A stretch of DNA of 64,000 bases from an uncultured Atopobiaceae bacterium (lineage in GTDB: Bacteria > Actinomycetota > Coriobacteriia > Coriobacteriales > Atopobiaceae), in assembly GCA_963931285.1 (NCBI GenBank), contig OZ006999.1, positions 51,937 to 115,936 on the forward strand, written 5' to 3'. This document shows, piece by piece, positions 1 to 13,182 of the stretch (the first letter of the stretch is position 1; each line of letters opens with the position of its first letter). Below the pieces are notes generated by a model, which had not been told where the DNA came from, did not search any database, and saw only the letters and a list, made by a program, of their open reading frames with translations. Both the position numbers and the translations under genes were made by a program.

Positions 1-2
1 CG

Positions 3-260
3 GCGCTCGCCGTCGCCCTCGGCGACCTGTGCCGCGTGGCGCTAGACCCCGAGCCGGTGAAGCCGTGCAAGTTCTGCCATGAGCCGTTCCAATACCAGCG
101 ATACGAACCGTATGCGGACGATGGGACGCCTCGCCCCGCGAAGCCTGTGCGCAAGCGCGAGAGAAGCGCCGACTACTGCTCGCGTGACTGTCGTATCAAG
201 TTCAACAACGCCCTGAAGTTGGAGCGCCGCGCCGCCGAGCGCGAGAAGGCGGCCTCGTAG
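3..260 (+). CDS. C-terminal part of a Cys-rich zinc-finger-like protein (5' truncated by window)
   Basis: Frame open from position 3; CKFC...YCSRDC motif followed by a basic tail. Confidence 0.5.
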   Translation, partial: ALAVALGDLCRVALDPEPVKPCKFCHEPFQYQRYEPYADDGTPRPAKPVRKRERSADYCSRDCRIKFNNALKLERRAAEREKAAS

Positions 261-422
261 AACGCCGTATGAGGCCCTAGAACTGGCGACCTCGACCGGA
301 TGCCCCGAGGGGCCGGGAACCGCCGTCATTCGGCGTTCTGCGCCGCTTAGCGATTACCCTCGTCCAATCTGCCGCCTTTCGCGCGTGTCCACCCAGGATG
401 GGTTCATCCCCAAAGTGCTGAG

Positions 423-717
423 AACTGCAACAGGAACTGCAACAGGTGTGTAACAGCTTGAGCGACAAAAGCGCAGGTAGCTGACCATGCGTTACAGTTG
501 TTACAGTTGTTGCAGTTGTTTTCTCGAAAACCCTATGAGATACGGAAACAACATGCTTTTGCCTTGTATTCCACTGTCGTTTTCTATCCCTATCCTCTTT
601 TTAGAAAAAGAACTGCAACAACTGTAACAAGCGGGATAAATCCGGTGCTTTACCTGCAAAAACACCTGTTGCAGTTCCCTCGCTGAGAACTGCAACAGGA
701 ACTGCAACAACTGTAAC
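423..717. repeat. Iteron-like cluster of AACTGYAAC 9-mers, putative replication origin
   Basis: 11 copies: forward at 423, 435, 611, 620, 688, 700, 709; reverse at 491, 500, 509, 668; AT-rich centre; directly downstream of the primase gene. Confidence 0.75.
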
Positions 718-739
718 GGCGCTCGCGTATTTTCTGAGG

Positions 740-3247
740 TTAAGACTTACGCCTCCACGCTGTCAGGGTTCCGTAGCCGGGAACCCTCTGCCTGCCCGTT
801 CGGCGATAGGATGGGCTGGAGTCGAGCGCTCGCGAGATTCTGTTCTGCTCAGGCCGTCGCATCGTCCTGAAGTCATCTGCGAGGATACCAAGCGCCTCTT
901 TTGCCGCCATCTCGCGACAAGTGATCTCCGGCTTTGCCCTATCCAGCCACTCGCGTATGCTCTCTGCCCATTCGTCGGCCTCGGTGAATGTGGCCTGTGC
1001 CGCCGCCATGTCTGGGAGAACGGCGTCCGGGAGTCTGAGTCGGCGGAGGAATCCATCCTTGCCGATGCGGTCGTGCTCCTCCAGCATCTCCGCGATTCCG
1101 ATTCTCACGGCCCTAAACATCTCTTCGCGCTCACTGTCGGCAAGCCGTTTGGTCGCGTGGCACTCGATGATGGGGAAGCGCCGGTTTCCCGTCTCGTCGC
1201 TCAGAACGTCGCGGCTGTTGGTGCTGCCGACCATGACGAATGAGCGGGAGAGGTCGAAGTCGCCACGGTAATTGACGTGCCTAACGTCGCTGTTGCGGCT
1301 GACGGCGGACTTGAGCTGCTCAAGGCTCTTGGTCCCCTTCATGGCGGCGAGCTCCTCCACATCCGCCACCAGATGCCCCGGCGCGACCTGTGATATAGAT
1401 CTCTCGTCCATGCCGCGCGCGAGCGTGACGAACAGCGACGGCGCGAGCGCACAGGCCTTCCAGAACGTGTCCTTCCCGATGCCCTGTGCCCCGTAGAGTA
1501 TCGGCATGAGCTGGAAGTCGCACCCCGGGTACAGCGCGCGGGCGATAATCGCTCGGAACGTCACCCGCTCAACCTCGTAGGTGTATCGGCACGGCGTAGC
1601 GCCAAGGAATCGGGCGAGCGTCCACCCCGCCACGCATGTAACGTTCTCGATGATGTTTCCCGCCTCGTCGGTGAGCGCGTAGCCCATCCCGCGCGGTGCG
1701 GGTGAGACGCTGCCAAGGCATGTGGGAGCGCCATCGTAGAGGGGGGCCATGCCGAACGGCCCTTCTCCCGTTTCGGTCACGTTCAGCCCGCCGCCAGTGT
1801 TCTTCACCACTTTTGGGAGGTTGAGAATTGCGTCGCGAAGCGGGTTGAACCGATGCTCGACCGCCGACGTGAAGACGCCCATCGCGTCCCATATGCTGCG
1901 CCTGTCCGCCTTCTTGGTGCTGTAGTGCTCCACCACCATTCGGACCGCCGCCCCGTCGCGGGAATCGTCCCAAGGGCGTGGGGTGGGGTCGGGGTCCCAT
2001 GACGTTGGGGCGAGCTTCCAATACTCTCCGTCGCAATCGTTCAGCTTGAGGGCGGCTACAAGCTCGGAGCTTCCCTTCATCCACTGGACAAGCTCCTCGA
2101 TTCGCGGCTGCCTCTTCTCGTCAAAGAGCGAGTAGCCCTCTATCGGCTCGACGCTGAGCTTGGGCTGCGCGGCGAGCGCTTGGGCGTGCGCCACCCCCAG
2201 CGCTGAGGCGAAGCCCGCCGGGTCCTCGGCGCGCCACTCCCCGGCGTCCTTGGGCGCGCCCTCGGGCCACGCGAACGGGATTGCGATAACGCCCTTCTTC
2301 TCCAGCCTAGCGACGGCCTTCTCGGTGTTGGGGCGTCCCGTCTCGTCGTTGTCGAGCATGAGGACAACTCGCATCTGCTCGATTTCGTTGTGCGCCTCGA
2401 TTGCCTGAAGCGTGCCGTTGCTGCTGCTCGACAGGACCGGGGTCGCTCGGTAGCCCGCGGCCTCGACGGCGAGCGCGTCGGGCCACCCCTCGACAACGAA
2501 GCAAACGCCGTCTTTCCCGTGGATTGCGTCAGGGTTCAGCGGGTTGGGTTGCTTCATTGCGGGCGGCTTGGAGTACTTGCGATAACCACGGTGCGCCGTC
2601 TTATATTCATCGGTGCCGCGTTCCTCGTAGCCCTCGGATATGTCGCGGTCGATGTGGTAGTAATCGAAGCTGCCCCGCGCCGGGAAGACAAGGCGGGTGT
2701 AGCCGTCCCGATACATCCCGGTAAAGTCACTATATGATCCTGCGCGGCGGATGGTGTCGGCGTCAACCACTCCAAGGCCCGCGTCGATAGCCTCCTCGAC
2801 GGTCATCCCACAATGGGCGGAGAGGTAGGGTGCGGCAAGGCGCTTGGCCTCGTCGCTGTCCCGGAGAGTGCGCCGCGACTCCTCGATAAGCGTGCGATGG
2901 TGCGCCCGGCTTTCCTCTGCGGTGAAACCGTACTTGTTCAGCTCGGGCTTTTTGACCGGGGCGATTGCGGCGTTCCCGACGCTGACGCCGCGCTCCGCGC
3001 AGATCTGAGCGACGGTTGCCCCCGTGATGCCTCCGTCGGCGGTGAAGGTCTCCCATTTGCTCGCGCACACTCCGGGTTTGTACCTGTCGGGGTCGCGGGA
3101 GCTGAACTCATCCCACACCTCTACACCAAACTCTGCCGACTTCAGCCCCATCCCAATCTTGAGCCATTCGTCATAGGTGAGCGTATGGGGGTCGATAGCG
3201 GCGAGAAGCTTAGGAAGGTCCGCGTGTTTGTTCTCGCGTCCTGTCAT
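740..3247 (-). CDS. Primase-helicase: N-terminal PriCT-2, Toprim domain, VapE-type P-loop ATPase
   Basis: YDEWLKIGMGL..WDEFS..RY..KW (PriCT-2); VVEGWPDALA..MLDNDETG (Toprim); GAQGIGKD Walker A, VEEL, GSTN..DETGNRRF (VapE). Confidence 0.85.
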   Translation of the reverse strand: MTGRENKHADLPKLLAAIDPHTLTYDEWLKIGMGLKSAEFGVEVWDEFSSRDPDRYKPGVCASKWETFTADGGITGATVAQICAERGVSVGNAAIAPVKKPELNKYGFTAEESRAHHRTLIEESRRTLRDSDEAKRLAAPYLSAHCGMTVEEAIDAGLGVVDADTIRRAGSYSDFTGMYRDGYTRLVFPARGSFDYYHIDRDISEGYEERGTDEYKTAHRGYRKYSKPPAMKQPNPLNPDAIHGKDGVCFVVEGWPDALAVEAAGYRATPVLSSSSNGTLQAIEAHNEIEQMRVVLMLDNDETGRPNTEKAVARLEKKGVIAIPFAWPEGAPKDAGEWRAEDPAGFASALGVAHAQALAAQPKLSVEPIEGYSLFDEKRQPRIEELVQWMKGSSELVAALKLNDCDGEYWKLAPTSWDPDPTPRPWDDSRDGAAVRMVVEHYSTKKADRRSIWDAMGVFTSAVEHRFNPLRDAILNLPKVVKNTGGGLNVTETGEGPFGMAPLYDGAPTCLGSVSPAPRGMGYALTDEAGNIIENVTCVAGWTLARFLGATPCRYTYEVERVTFRAIIARALYPGCDFQLMPILYGAQGIGKDTFWKACALAPSLFVTLARGMDERSISQVAPGHLVADVEELAAMKGTKSLEQLKSAVSRNSDVRHVNYRGDFDLSRSFVMVGSTNSRDVLSDETGNRRFPIIECHATKRLADSEREEMFRAVRIGIAEMLEEHDRIGKDGFLRRLRLPDAVLPDMAAAQATFTEADEWAESIREWLDRAKPEITCREMAAKEALGILADDFRTMRRPEQNRISRALDSSPSYRRTGRQRVPGYGTLTAWRRKS

Positions 3248-3256
3248 ATCCCGCCC

Positions 3257-3493
3257 TTAGTTGAGGCCCGCGAAATCGAGAAGGCGGTCGCGGTTGATGC
3301 GCCACAGGCTCATGACGCGCACGGCCTTGAGCTTGCCCTGCTCGCACATGCGGGTGACGGTGCGGGGCGTGACGTTGAGAATCGCCGCCGCCTGGCTGGT
3401 GTCGAGGAGGTCGGGGAGGGTGCTGCGGAGGCTCGTGTCGTTGCGGACAGGGGACTTGCACTCAACGTCGTTTGTCACGGTGGAAACGCTCAT
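3257..3493 (-). CDS. Excisionase-like HTH DNA-binding protein
   Basis: LLDTSQAAAILNVTPRTVTRMCEQGKLKAVRVMSLWRI; RBS TAGGAG before the ATG at 3493. Confidence 0.85.
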   Translation of the reverse strand: MSVSTVTNDVECKSPVRNDTSLRSTLPDLLDTSQAAAILNVTPRTVTRMCEQGKLKAVRVMSLWRINRDRLLDFAGLN

Positions 3494-3799
3494 GGTGATA
3501 CTCCTAACTAGTCGTTGCGGTCTGGCCGCGTCCGGCCTCGCCGCCATGTTTGATTTGTCGCGACTAGTTGGAGCTTAGCGGTTGTTGAGGACTGTAAAGA
3601 CGCAGGTAGATAGGCATGAAATCGCCAATTCGGAAACGATGTTGGTCCGTTCGCAGATGCATATTTCCGTCAGTTGGCCACACTCGCCCACACATTGAGA
3701 GAGGCGGAAGCGATTTGCCCGCATTCTCAGGCTCTCGCTTCCGCCTCTGCGCTTGAAAATAAGTCTCTGCCTCAACCAACGTTTTACGTTGTCGAAATG

Positions 3800-4672
3800 T
3801 TAGCCGTCCAGCCCCAAGTACTCGCTAAGGACCGTTGTCTCGATTGCGGAGTCTGCCGCCCCGTAGTTATCGAAGAACGATGGGCTGCCAATCAGGTTCG
3901 CGCCGGTTTCCTCATCCAACTGCTGCTCCACTCTCTCCAGATGGTCGAGGTAGCCGTCATAGTCGTATGCGATTAGGTCGGCAAGGTCGCCAAGCGTTGC
4001 GTGTGTGCCGCATGCGGTCTTTCGCAGCGCGTCGGCTATCTGACGCGCGCGGCGGTCGCGCTCCGAGTTTCCCTTGTACGAGTCGAGCATCCCCATCATC
4101 ACGCGGAACAGCGTCGCCCGGTCGCGGGCGTCCATTGTGTGCAACGCCTCGATTGTCGCGCGACCGACGAACTCCGCGCGGGCGCGCTCCTGGGCCCTTG
4201 TGCGGAGATGGTCGCTGCCGAGTAGCTCCGCAGCGGACTCGATAGCCTCCAGTGTCTTGTTACTCTCATCGACCCATGCCTGGTTGTCCTTGGTGTCACC
4301 TCCCAGCATCTCGTCATACTCAAGCATCTGCTGCGCGGCGGCATAATCACCGAACGCCTCGGCAAATGCTCTCGAAGCGTGCCGTAAAAGCAGTCTCTGC
4401 CTCTCTTTAGTCAGCTTTGACGGGTCGCTCAAGATGTTTCGCGCTTGCCTGTCGGTGATTCCCAGAACGTCACCCAGTTCTTCGGCGCGGCCCTCCCGCT
4501 CTATCCCTAGTGCGTCCAGTGCTTCGGCGAACTGCTCGGGAGTCACGTCCTTGCCAAGAGGCTTGAACTTCTTCTCTCGCTTGCTCCAGCTTTCAAACCA
4601 CGCGCGGTAGGCGCCGGCGAATCCCTGCGTGAGCGGCCGCATGCCCTCGCGCACCAAATGAGTCTGTGCCAT
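3800..4672 (-). CDS. Hypothetical protein with HTH-like segment, possible element regulator
   Basis: RBS GGAGG before the ATG at 4672; LGDVLGITDRQARNIL resembles an HTH. Confidence 0.65.
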   Translation of the reverse strand: MAQTHLVREGMRPLTQGFAGAYRAWFESWSKREKKFKPLGKDVTPEQFAEALDALGIEREGRAEELGDVLGITDRQARNILSDPSKLTKERQRLLLRHASRAFAEAFGDYAAAQQMLEYDEMLGGDTKDNQAWVDESNKTLEAIESAAELLGSDHLRTRAQERARAEFVGRATIEALHTMDARDRATLFRVMMGMLDSYKGNSERDRRARQIADALRKTACGTHATLGDLADLIAYDYDGYLDHLERVEQQLDEETGANLIGSPSFFDNYGAADSAIETTVLSEYLGLDG

Positions 4673-4674
4673 GG

Positions 4675-4902
4675 TTACGCCTCCGTCCCGCTGAAATGGA
4701 GGACGGCAGCGAGGTTTGCGGCCTGCTTCTCTGCGTTCATCTGAGCCATTCCGCCCGCCACTCCGATTAGCACTTCGCGGTCTTTTGAGCTGCACGCCAT
4801 GTAGGCGTTCACCAGAAAGCCAATCCGCGCGTCCTCGTTTGTCGAGCGCACCATTTCGATTCCGCGCTCGCTCCAGTTTCGCGTTGCCCTTGCTCGTGCC
4901 AT
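4675..4902 (-). CDS. Small hypothetical protein resembling a repressor C-terminal helical domain
   Basis: GGAGG RBS overlapping the integrase end; tightly packed between int and the next gene. Confidence 0.55.
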   Translation of the reverse strand: MARARATRNWSERGIEMVRSTNEDARIGFLVNAYMACSSKDREVLIGVAGGMAQMNAEKQAANLAAVLHFSGTEA

Positions 4903-4904
4903 GA

Positions 4905-6173
4905 CTAGTCCTCCGTCCCTGTCCTGCCCAGCGTCAGAATCTGCCCGTCGTTTGCGTGGCGGGAGACCTCCGCCTCAATCGCCCTTGCCACGGCGTCGGA
5001 GGCGCGCCGCTTCGCGTCGGGGTCGGCGCTCGCGTAGGTGTTCATGGTCATTGCGGCGTTTGCGTGGCCCATCATGCTCGACACGCTCTTAACGTCCACG
5101 CCGTGCGCAATCGCAGCCGTCGCGAAGGTGTGGCGCAGGTCGTGGAAGGTCGGCCGCTTGCCCTCGGTGCCGATAAGCTCCAGCGCGTCCGCCGTCTTTC
5201 TCCATCGGTTAGATAGGTAGTGCGGCTGCATGAAGGAGCCGTCGGCCCCGCCGATGACGTACAGCATCGAGAGGTCACGCCCGGTGCTCATTCGCTCCTC
5301 GTTCATCTGCGCGCGCCGCGCTTTGAGAGCCGCGACGAGAACATCGGGGATGGGGAGGGTCCGCGTGCTGCCGTCCGTCTTCGGCTCCTTGGGATACCAT
5401 TTGCTCCCCTCGTGGCCGATGGTCTCGCGTATGGTGAGGGTCCTGTCTTCGAGGTCAACGGCACGCCACCTGAGGCCGCATACCTCGCCCTCGCGCAGCC
5501 CCATGTAGAGGGCGAGCGCGAACCCGATGTTGGTCTTTGTGGCGGGGTCTATCGCGATGAACTGAGCGACCTTGGCGCGGCCTTTCTCGTCCAGCGCGTT
5601 GGGCTTCGGTGCCTCCAGCTTCGGCGCTTTGACGGTGCGGGTTGGGTTCTTCGCGAGCCTGTCGCGCTCCACTGCTTGGGTCATGGCGGAGCGGAGAAGG
5701 ACGAGGGCCTTGCGAACGGTCACGGGGGCGAATTGCTTCGCAAGGGCGTTAATCCACCCCTGCACATCATCAGGCGTGAGGGCGTCAAGCTCGATGCCGC
5801 CGATGCGCGGGGCGATGAGCTTGTCGAGGATTCGGTTGTACTCCGCAGCCGTGGAGCGCTCGACGTGGGGCCGCCGCCCCTCGATGTAGAAGCTCACGTA
5901 GTCGGAGACGGTCTCTCCCGGCCTGATGCCAAGCGCTGCCAACTCCTGCGCGGCCCGCGCCTCCTCGTTGAGTGCGCGTCTCAGCTCCTCCGCCTCGTAG
6001 CTCGCGGCCTTCCAGACCTGCTTGCTGCGCCCGGTGTCGCGCCCCGTGATCTCCAGCACGCGGCTCGTTTTCCTCCAGTTTCCTTCTTCATCCTTGTACA
6101 TGAGCTGAGCGCGCCACTTTTCGTCCCCGTATTGTCTTATCGAGACGCTCGTAAACTTGTCCTCTACCTGCAT
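4905..6173 (-). CDS. int: Tyrosine recombinase (phage integrase family)
   Basis: GLREGEVCGLRW (R), FHDLRHTFAT (HxxR), MGHANAAMTMNTY (H/Y); GGAGG RBS before the ATG at 6173. Confidence 0.95.
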   Translation of the reverse strand: MQVEDKFTSVSIRQYGDEKWRAQLMYKDEEGNWRKTSRVLEITGRDTGRSKQVWKAASYEAEELRRALNEEARAAQELAALGIRPGETVSDYVSFYIEGRRPHVERSTAAEYNRILDKLIAPRIGGIELDALTPDDVQGWINALAKQFAPVTVRKALVLLRSAMTQAVERDRLAKNPTRTVKAPKLEAPKPNALDEKGRAKVAQFIAIDPATKTNIGFALALYMGLREGEVCGLRWRAVDLEDRTLTIRETIGHEGSKWYPKEPKTDGSTRTLPIPDVLVAALKARRAQMNEERMSTGRDLSMLYVIGGADGSFMQPHYLSNRWRKTADALELIGTEGKRPTFHDLRHTFATAAIAHGVDVKSVSSMMGHANAAMTMNTYASADPDAKRRASDAVARAIEAEVSRHANDGQILTLGRTGTED

Positions 6174-6336
6174 CTCTGCACCTCCAAAAAATGCGCAATG
6201 GCGTGCGCAATGCGTGCGCAATATCGGCCTGACTACATGGTAAATCACAGTCTTTATAGGCTCAATAGGCCAATTAGACGCAGGTAGATTGTCTGCATAA
6301 TTCCAGCTAGACGAGCTAATGAAAAATGTCCGCACT

Positions 6337-6380
6337 CTTCCAAGCTGATGACGCGGGTTCGATTCCCGTCACCCGCTCCA
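6337..6380 (+). other. att site: displaced 3' half of tRNA-Gly(TCC)
   Basis: CTTCCAAGCTGATGACGCGGGTTCGATTCCCGTCACCCGCTCCA has anticodon loop, T arm, 3' acceptor strand and CCA; upstream sequence cannot form the 5' acceptor or D arm. Confidence 0.9.
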
Positions 6381-6391
6381 TTCGAGACAAG

Positions 6392-6415
6392 GCCCGGGCC
6401 CCGCGCCCGGGCTTT
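6392..6415 (+). terminator. Hairpin terminator left behind from the tRNA gene
   Basis: GCCCGGG-ccccgcg-CCCGGGC followed by TTT. Confidence 0.6.
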
Positions 6416-6426
6416 CTGGTAGTTGG

Positions 6427-6503
6427 GGGCGTGACAATTAGGACAGGTTAAATTGTCACACGCCCGCGGCGTGACAATTTAACCTGTCCTAATTGTCACG
6501 CCC
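6427..6503. repeat. REP-like doublet, GTGACAATT subfamily
   Basis: GTGACAATTAGGACAGGTTAAATTGTCAC (6431-6459) and its reverse complement (6471-6499), 11-nt spacer. Confidence 0.9.
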
Positions 6504-6557
6504 GAATTAAGGGAAAGCGGCGTGTGGATTGCCCCTGTGTTTCGTGTGTACGGCTGA

Positions 6558-8036
<1,479 letters not shown>

Positions 8037-8062
8037 CAGGCGAGAAGAACCTTCAGCTTGAC

Positions 8063-8096
8063 GGCCGCCTCGGAGCTCCTGGGCTCCGGGGCGGCT
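8063..8096 (+). terminator. GC-rich hairpin after gdhA
   Basis: GGCCGCCTCGGAGC / GCTCCGGGGCGGCT stem. Confidence 0.6.
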
Positions 8097-8118
8097 TGCT
8101 GTGTTCGGGCGGCCTTGG

Positions 8119-8306
8119 GCGTTGTGTACACTCGTCGGCGATGTGTACACTGCCTTTGCGGTTCTTCTCGGTAAAAGCGCAGGTAGACGGCCTGGCGAGA
8201 AGTGCGCACAACGCCGAGAAGTGCGCACAACGCCGAGAAGTGCGCACACCGCCGAGAAGTGCGCACACCGCCGCGGCGTGTACACAACGCCGAGAAGTGC
8301 GCACAC
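8119..8306. repeat. Inverted-repeat element with 19-bp periodic motifs
   Basis: Left: GCG(T/A)TGTGTACACT x2 (8119, 8138); right: six 19-bp units of CGCCGAGAAGTGCGCACA(A/C) type from 8193. Confidence 0.85.
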
Positions 8307-8318
8307 CGCTGCCTGCCT

Positions 8319-8464
8319 GGTGCCGGAATCCGTTCATTTGCGTACTGGCGACACGCATATGACGGAAATCCGGCACCCAGACACGCATATGGCCAAAATC
8401 CGGCACCAAAACACGCATTCGGCGGAAATCCGGCACCGTGCGCAGGTGGCGGAAATCCGGCACC
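8319..8464. repeat. Inverted-repeat element with 30-bp periodic ACACGCAT..GGAAATCCGGCACC motifs
   Basis: One reversed motif (8319-8343), then copies at 8351, 8381, 8411 and a partial fourth; related to 63117-63226. Confidence 0.85.
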
Positions 8465-8551
8465 GGCCCCGCGCCGGTCCGCGCCCGCGTTTTTTGCGAA
8501 GGGGTTGCGTCGCCACACAACCAACGCTCGACCTGTTATGCTAGACAACGA

Positions 8552-8642
8552 CCTTTAAGACGGTACGAGAGACCGAAAAGGCGTCCACAACATACTTGTC
8601 GCAGCCTTATCGGAGTCCTCGCTCGCGGGTGCTCCGTTTTTT
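8552..8642 (+). promoter_or_regulatory. Putative PyrR-binding attenuator leader of carAB
   Basis: CCTTTAA-GA-CGGT-ACGAGAG-ACCG-AAAAGG resembles the PyrR binding loop; followed by CGGAG..CTCCG-TTTTTT terminator (8611-8642) upstream of the carA start. Confidence 0.65.
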
Positions 8643-8693
8643 GTAGCTGCGATATGCCTGATGAGGGCGCGCGGACGAAAGGGCGGTGTTGCT

Positions 8694-9962
8694 GTGAACC
8701 TACTGGTTGACAACGGCAGGCATCCGAGGGCGCTTCTCGCGCTCGAGAACGGAATGTACTTCTTCGGGCGTTCTGCCGGTGCCGAGGGCGAGGCCTTTGG
8801 CGAGATCGTGTTCAACACCTCGATGGTGGGCTACCAGGAGATCATCTCCGACCCGTCCTACGCGGGCCAGATCGTGACGCTCACCTATCCCCAGATCGGC
8901 AACTACGGCATCAACGAGAAGGACATGCAGGGCGACCCGCTCAGCCTGGCCGGCCTCGTCGTCCACGACATGTGCTACACGCCGAGCAACTGGCAGAGCG
9001 TCGAGTCCCTGCCCAACTTCCTCGTCCAGCGCGGCGTCGTGGCCATCGAGGACGTGGACACGCGCGCGCTGACCCTGGCCATCCGCGAGGGCGGCGCCAT
9101 GAAGGCGGCCATCTCCACCACGGACCTCGACCCCGAGAGCCTTATTCGCCGCGTCAAGGCGGCCCCGGCCATCGCCGAGCACAACTACGTCGCGGACGTC
9201 TCCACCTCCGAGCGCTACACCGTGCCCGGCCAGGACGCCGACGGCCAGCCGCGCCTGCACGTCGTCGCCTACGACTGCGGCGAGAAGAAGGGCATCGCCA
9301 AGCGCCTCTCCGCCGCCGGCTGCGAGGTCACCGTCGTGCCGTGGGACACCCCGGCCGCCGACGTCCTCGCCATGGAGCCCGACGGCGTGTTCTTCTCCAA
9401 CGGCCCCGGCGACCCGGTCTCCGTGCCGCCCGTGGTCGACGCCGTGCGCGCCTGCCTCGGCAAGCTCCCCGTCTTTGGCATCTGCCTCGGCAACCAGGTC
9501 ATCTCCATGGCCGCCGGCGCCACCATCGAGAAGCTCCCGTACGGCCACCACGGCGGCAACGAGCCCGTGATGAACCTGCTCACCGGCAAGGTTGAGATCA
9601 CCGCCCAGAACCACAACTACGGCCCGGTCTTCTCGACCTTCGGCCCGCTCGTGCCCGAGCTCTCCGACGGCGTGACCGAGCACCCGGCAGACGAGGACCT
9701 GCGCTTCTGGTCCCGCCGCCGCGTGGCGCCCGTCGTCATGACCGAGAAGTACGGGCGCGTGCGCCTCACGCACGTCAACCTCAACGACGGCACGCCCGAG
9801 GGCATCCAGTTCCTGGACGTCCCCGCCTTCTCCATGCAGTACCACCCCGAGGCCAAGCCCGGCCCCAACGACTCCACGTACGCCTTCTCGGCGTTTGCCA
9901 AGCTCATGCGCGGCGAGGACGACTACCTCGCCATCGACGTCCGCGAGGGGAGGCGCTTCTAG
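8694..9962 (+). CDS. carA: Carbamoyl-phosphate synthase small subunit
   Basis: GEIVFNTSMVGYQE, SNGPGDP, FGICLGNQ, QYHPEA; GTG start inferred from the RBS. Confidence 0.96.
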   Translation: MNLLVDNGRHPRALLALENGMYFFGRSAGAEGEAFGEIVFNTSMVGYQEIISDPSYAGQIVTLTYPQIGNYGINEKDMQGDPLSLAGLVVHDMCYTPSNWQSVESLPNFLVQRGVVAIEDVDTRALTLAIREGGAMKAAISTTDLDPESLIRRVKAAPAIAEHNYVADVSTSERYTVPGQDADGQPRLHVVAYDCGEKKGIAKRLSAAGCEVTVVPWDTPAADVLAMEPDGVFFSNGPGDPVSVPPVVDAVRACLGKLPVFGICLGNQVISMAAGATIEKLPYGHHGGNEPVMNLLTGKVEITAQNHNYGPVFSTFGPLVPELSDGVTEHPADEDLRFWSRRRVAPVVMTEKYGRVRLTHVNLNDGTPEGIQFLDVPAFSMQYHPEAKPGPNDSTYAFSAFAKLMRGEDDYLAIDVREGRRF

Positions 9963-13181
<3,219 letters not shown>

Positions 13182-13182
13182 G

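Larger units (their letters stand above)
1..6380 (-). mobile_element. Right end of an integrative, phage-satellite-like element inserted in tRNA-Gly(TCC); continues beyond window start
   Basis: Tyrosine integrase next to a displaced tRNA-Gly 3' half, then a small regulator, HTH protein, Xis-like HTH, primase-helicase and iteron cluster; no structural or conjugation genes in the visible part. Confidence 0.85.

Noticed and set aside
498-710. Short LQLLQ-rich ORFs
   Set aside because: Translations of the 9-mer iterons
6306-6380. Complete tRNA-Gly gene
   Set aside because: Only the anticodon loop to CCA is present; upstream bases cannot pair with CACCCGC or form a D arm
8193-8464. CRISPR array
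   Set aside because: Repeats are head-to-tail with no unique spacers, and no cas genes are present
8053-8548. ORFs with VPDFRH or CAHFSA peptide repeats
   Set aside because: Translations of the DNA repeats; no RBS or domain support
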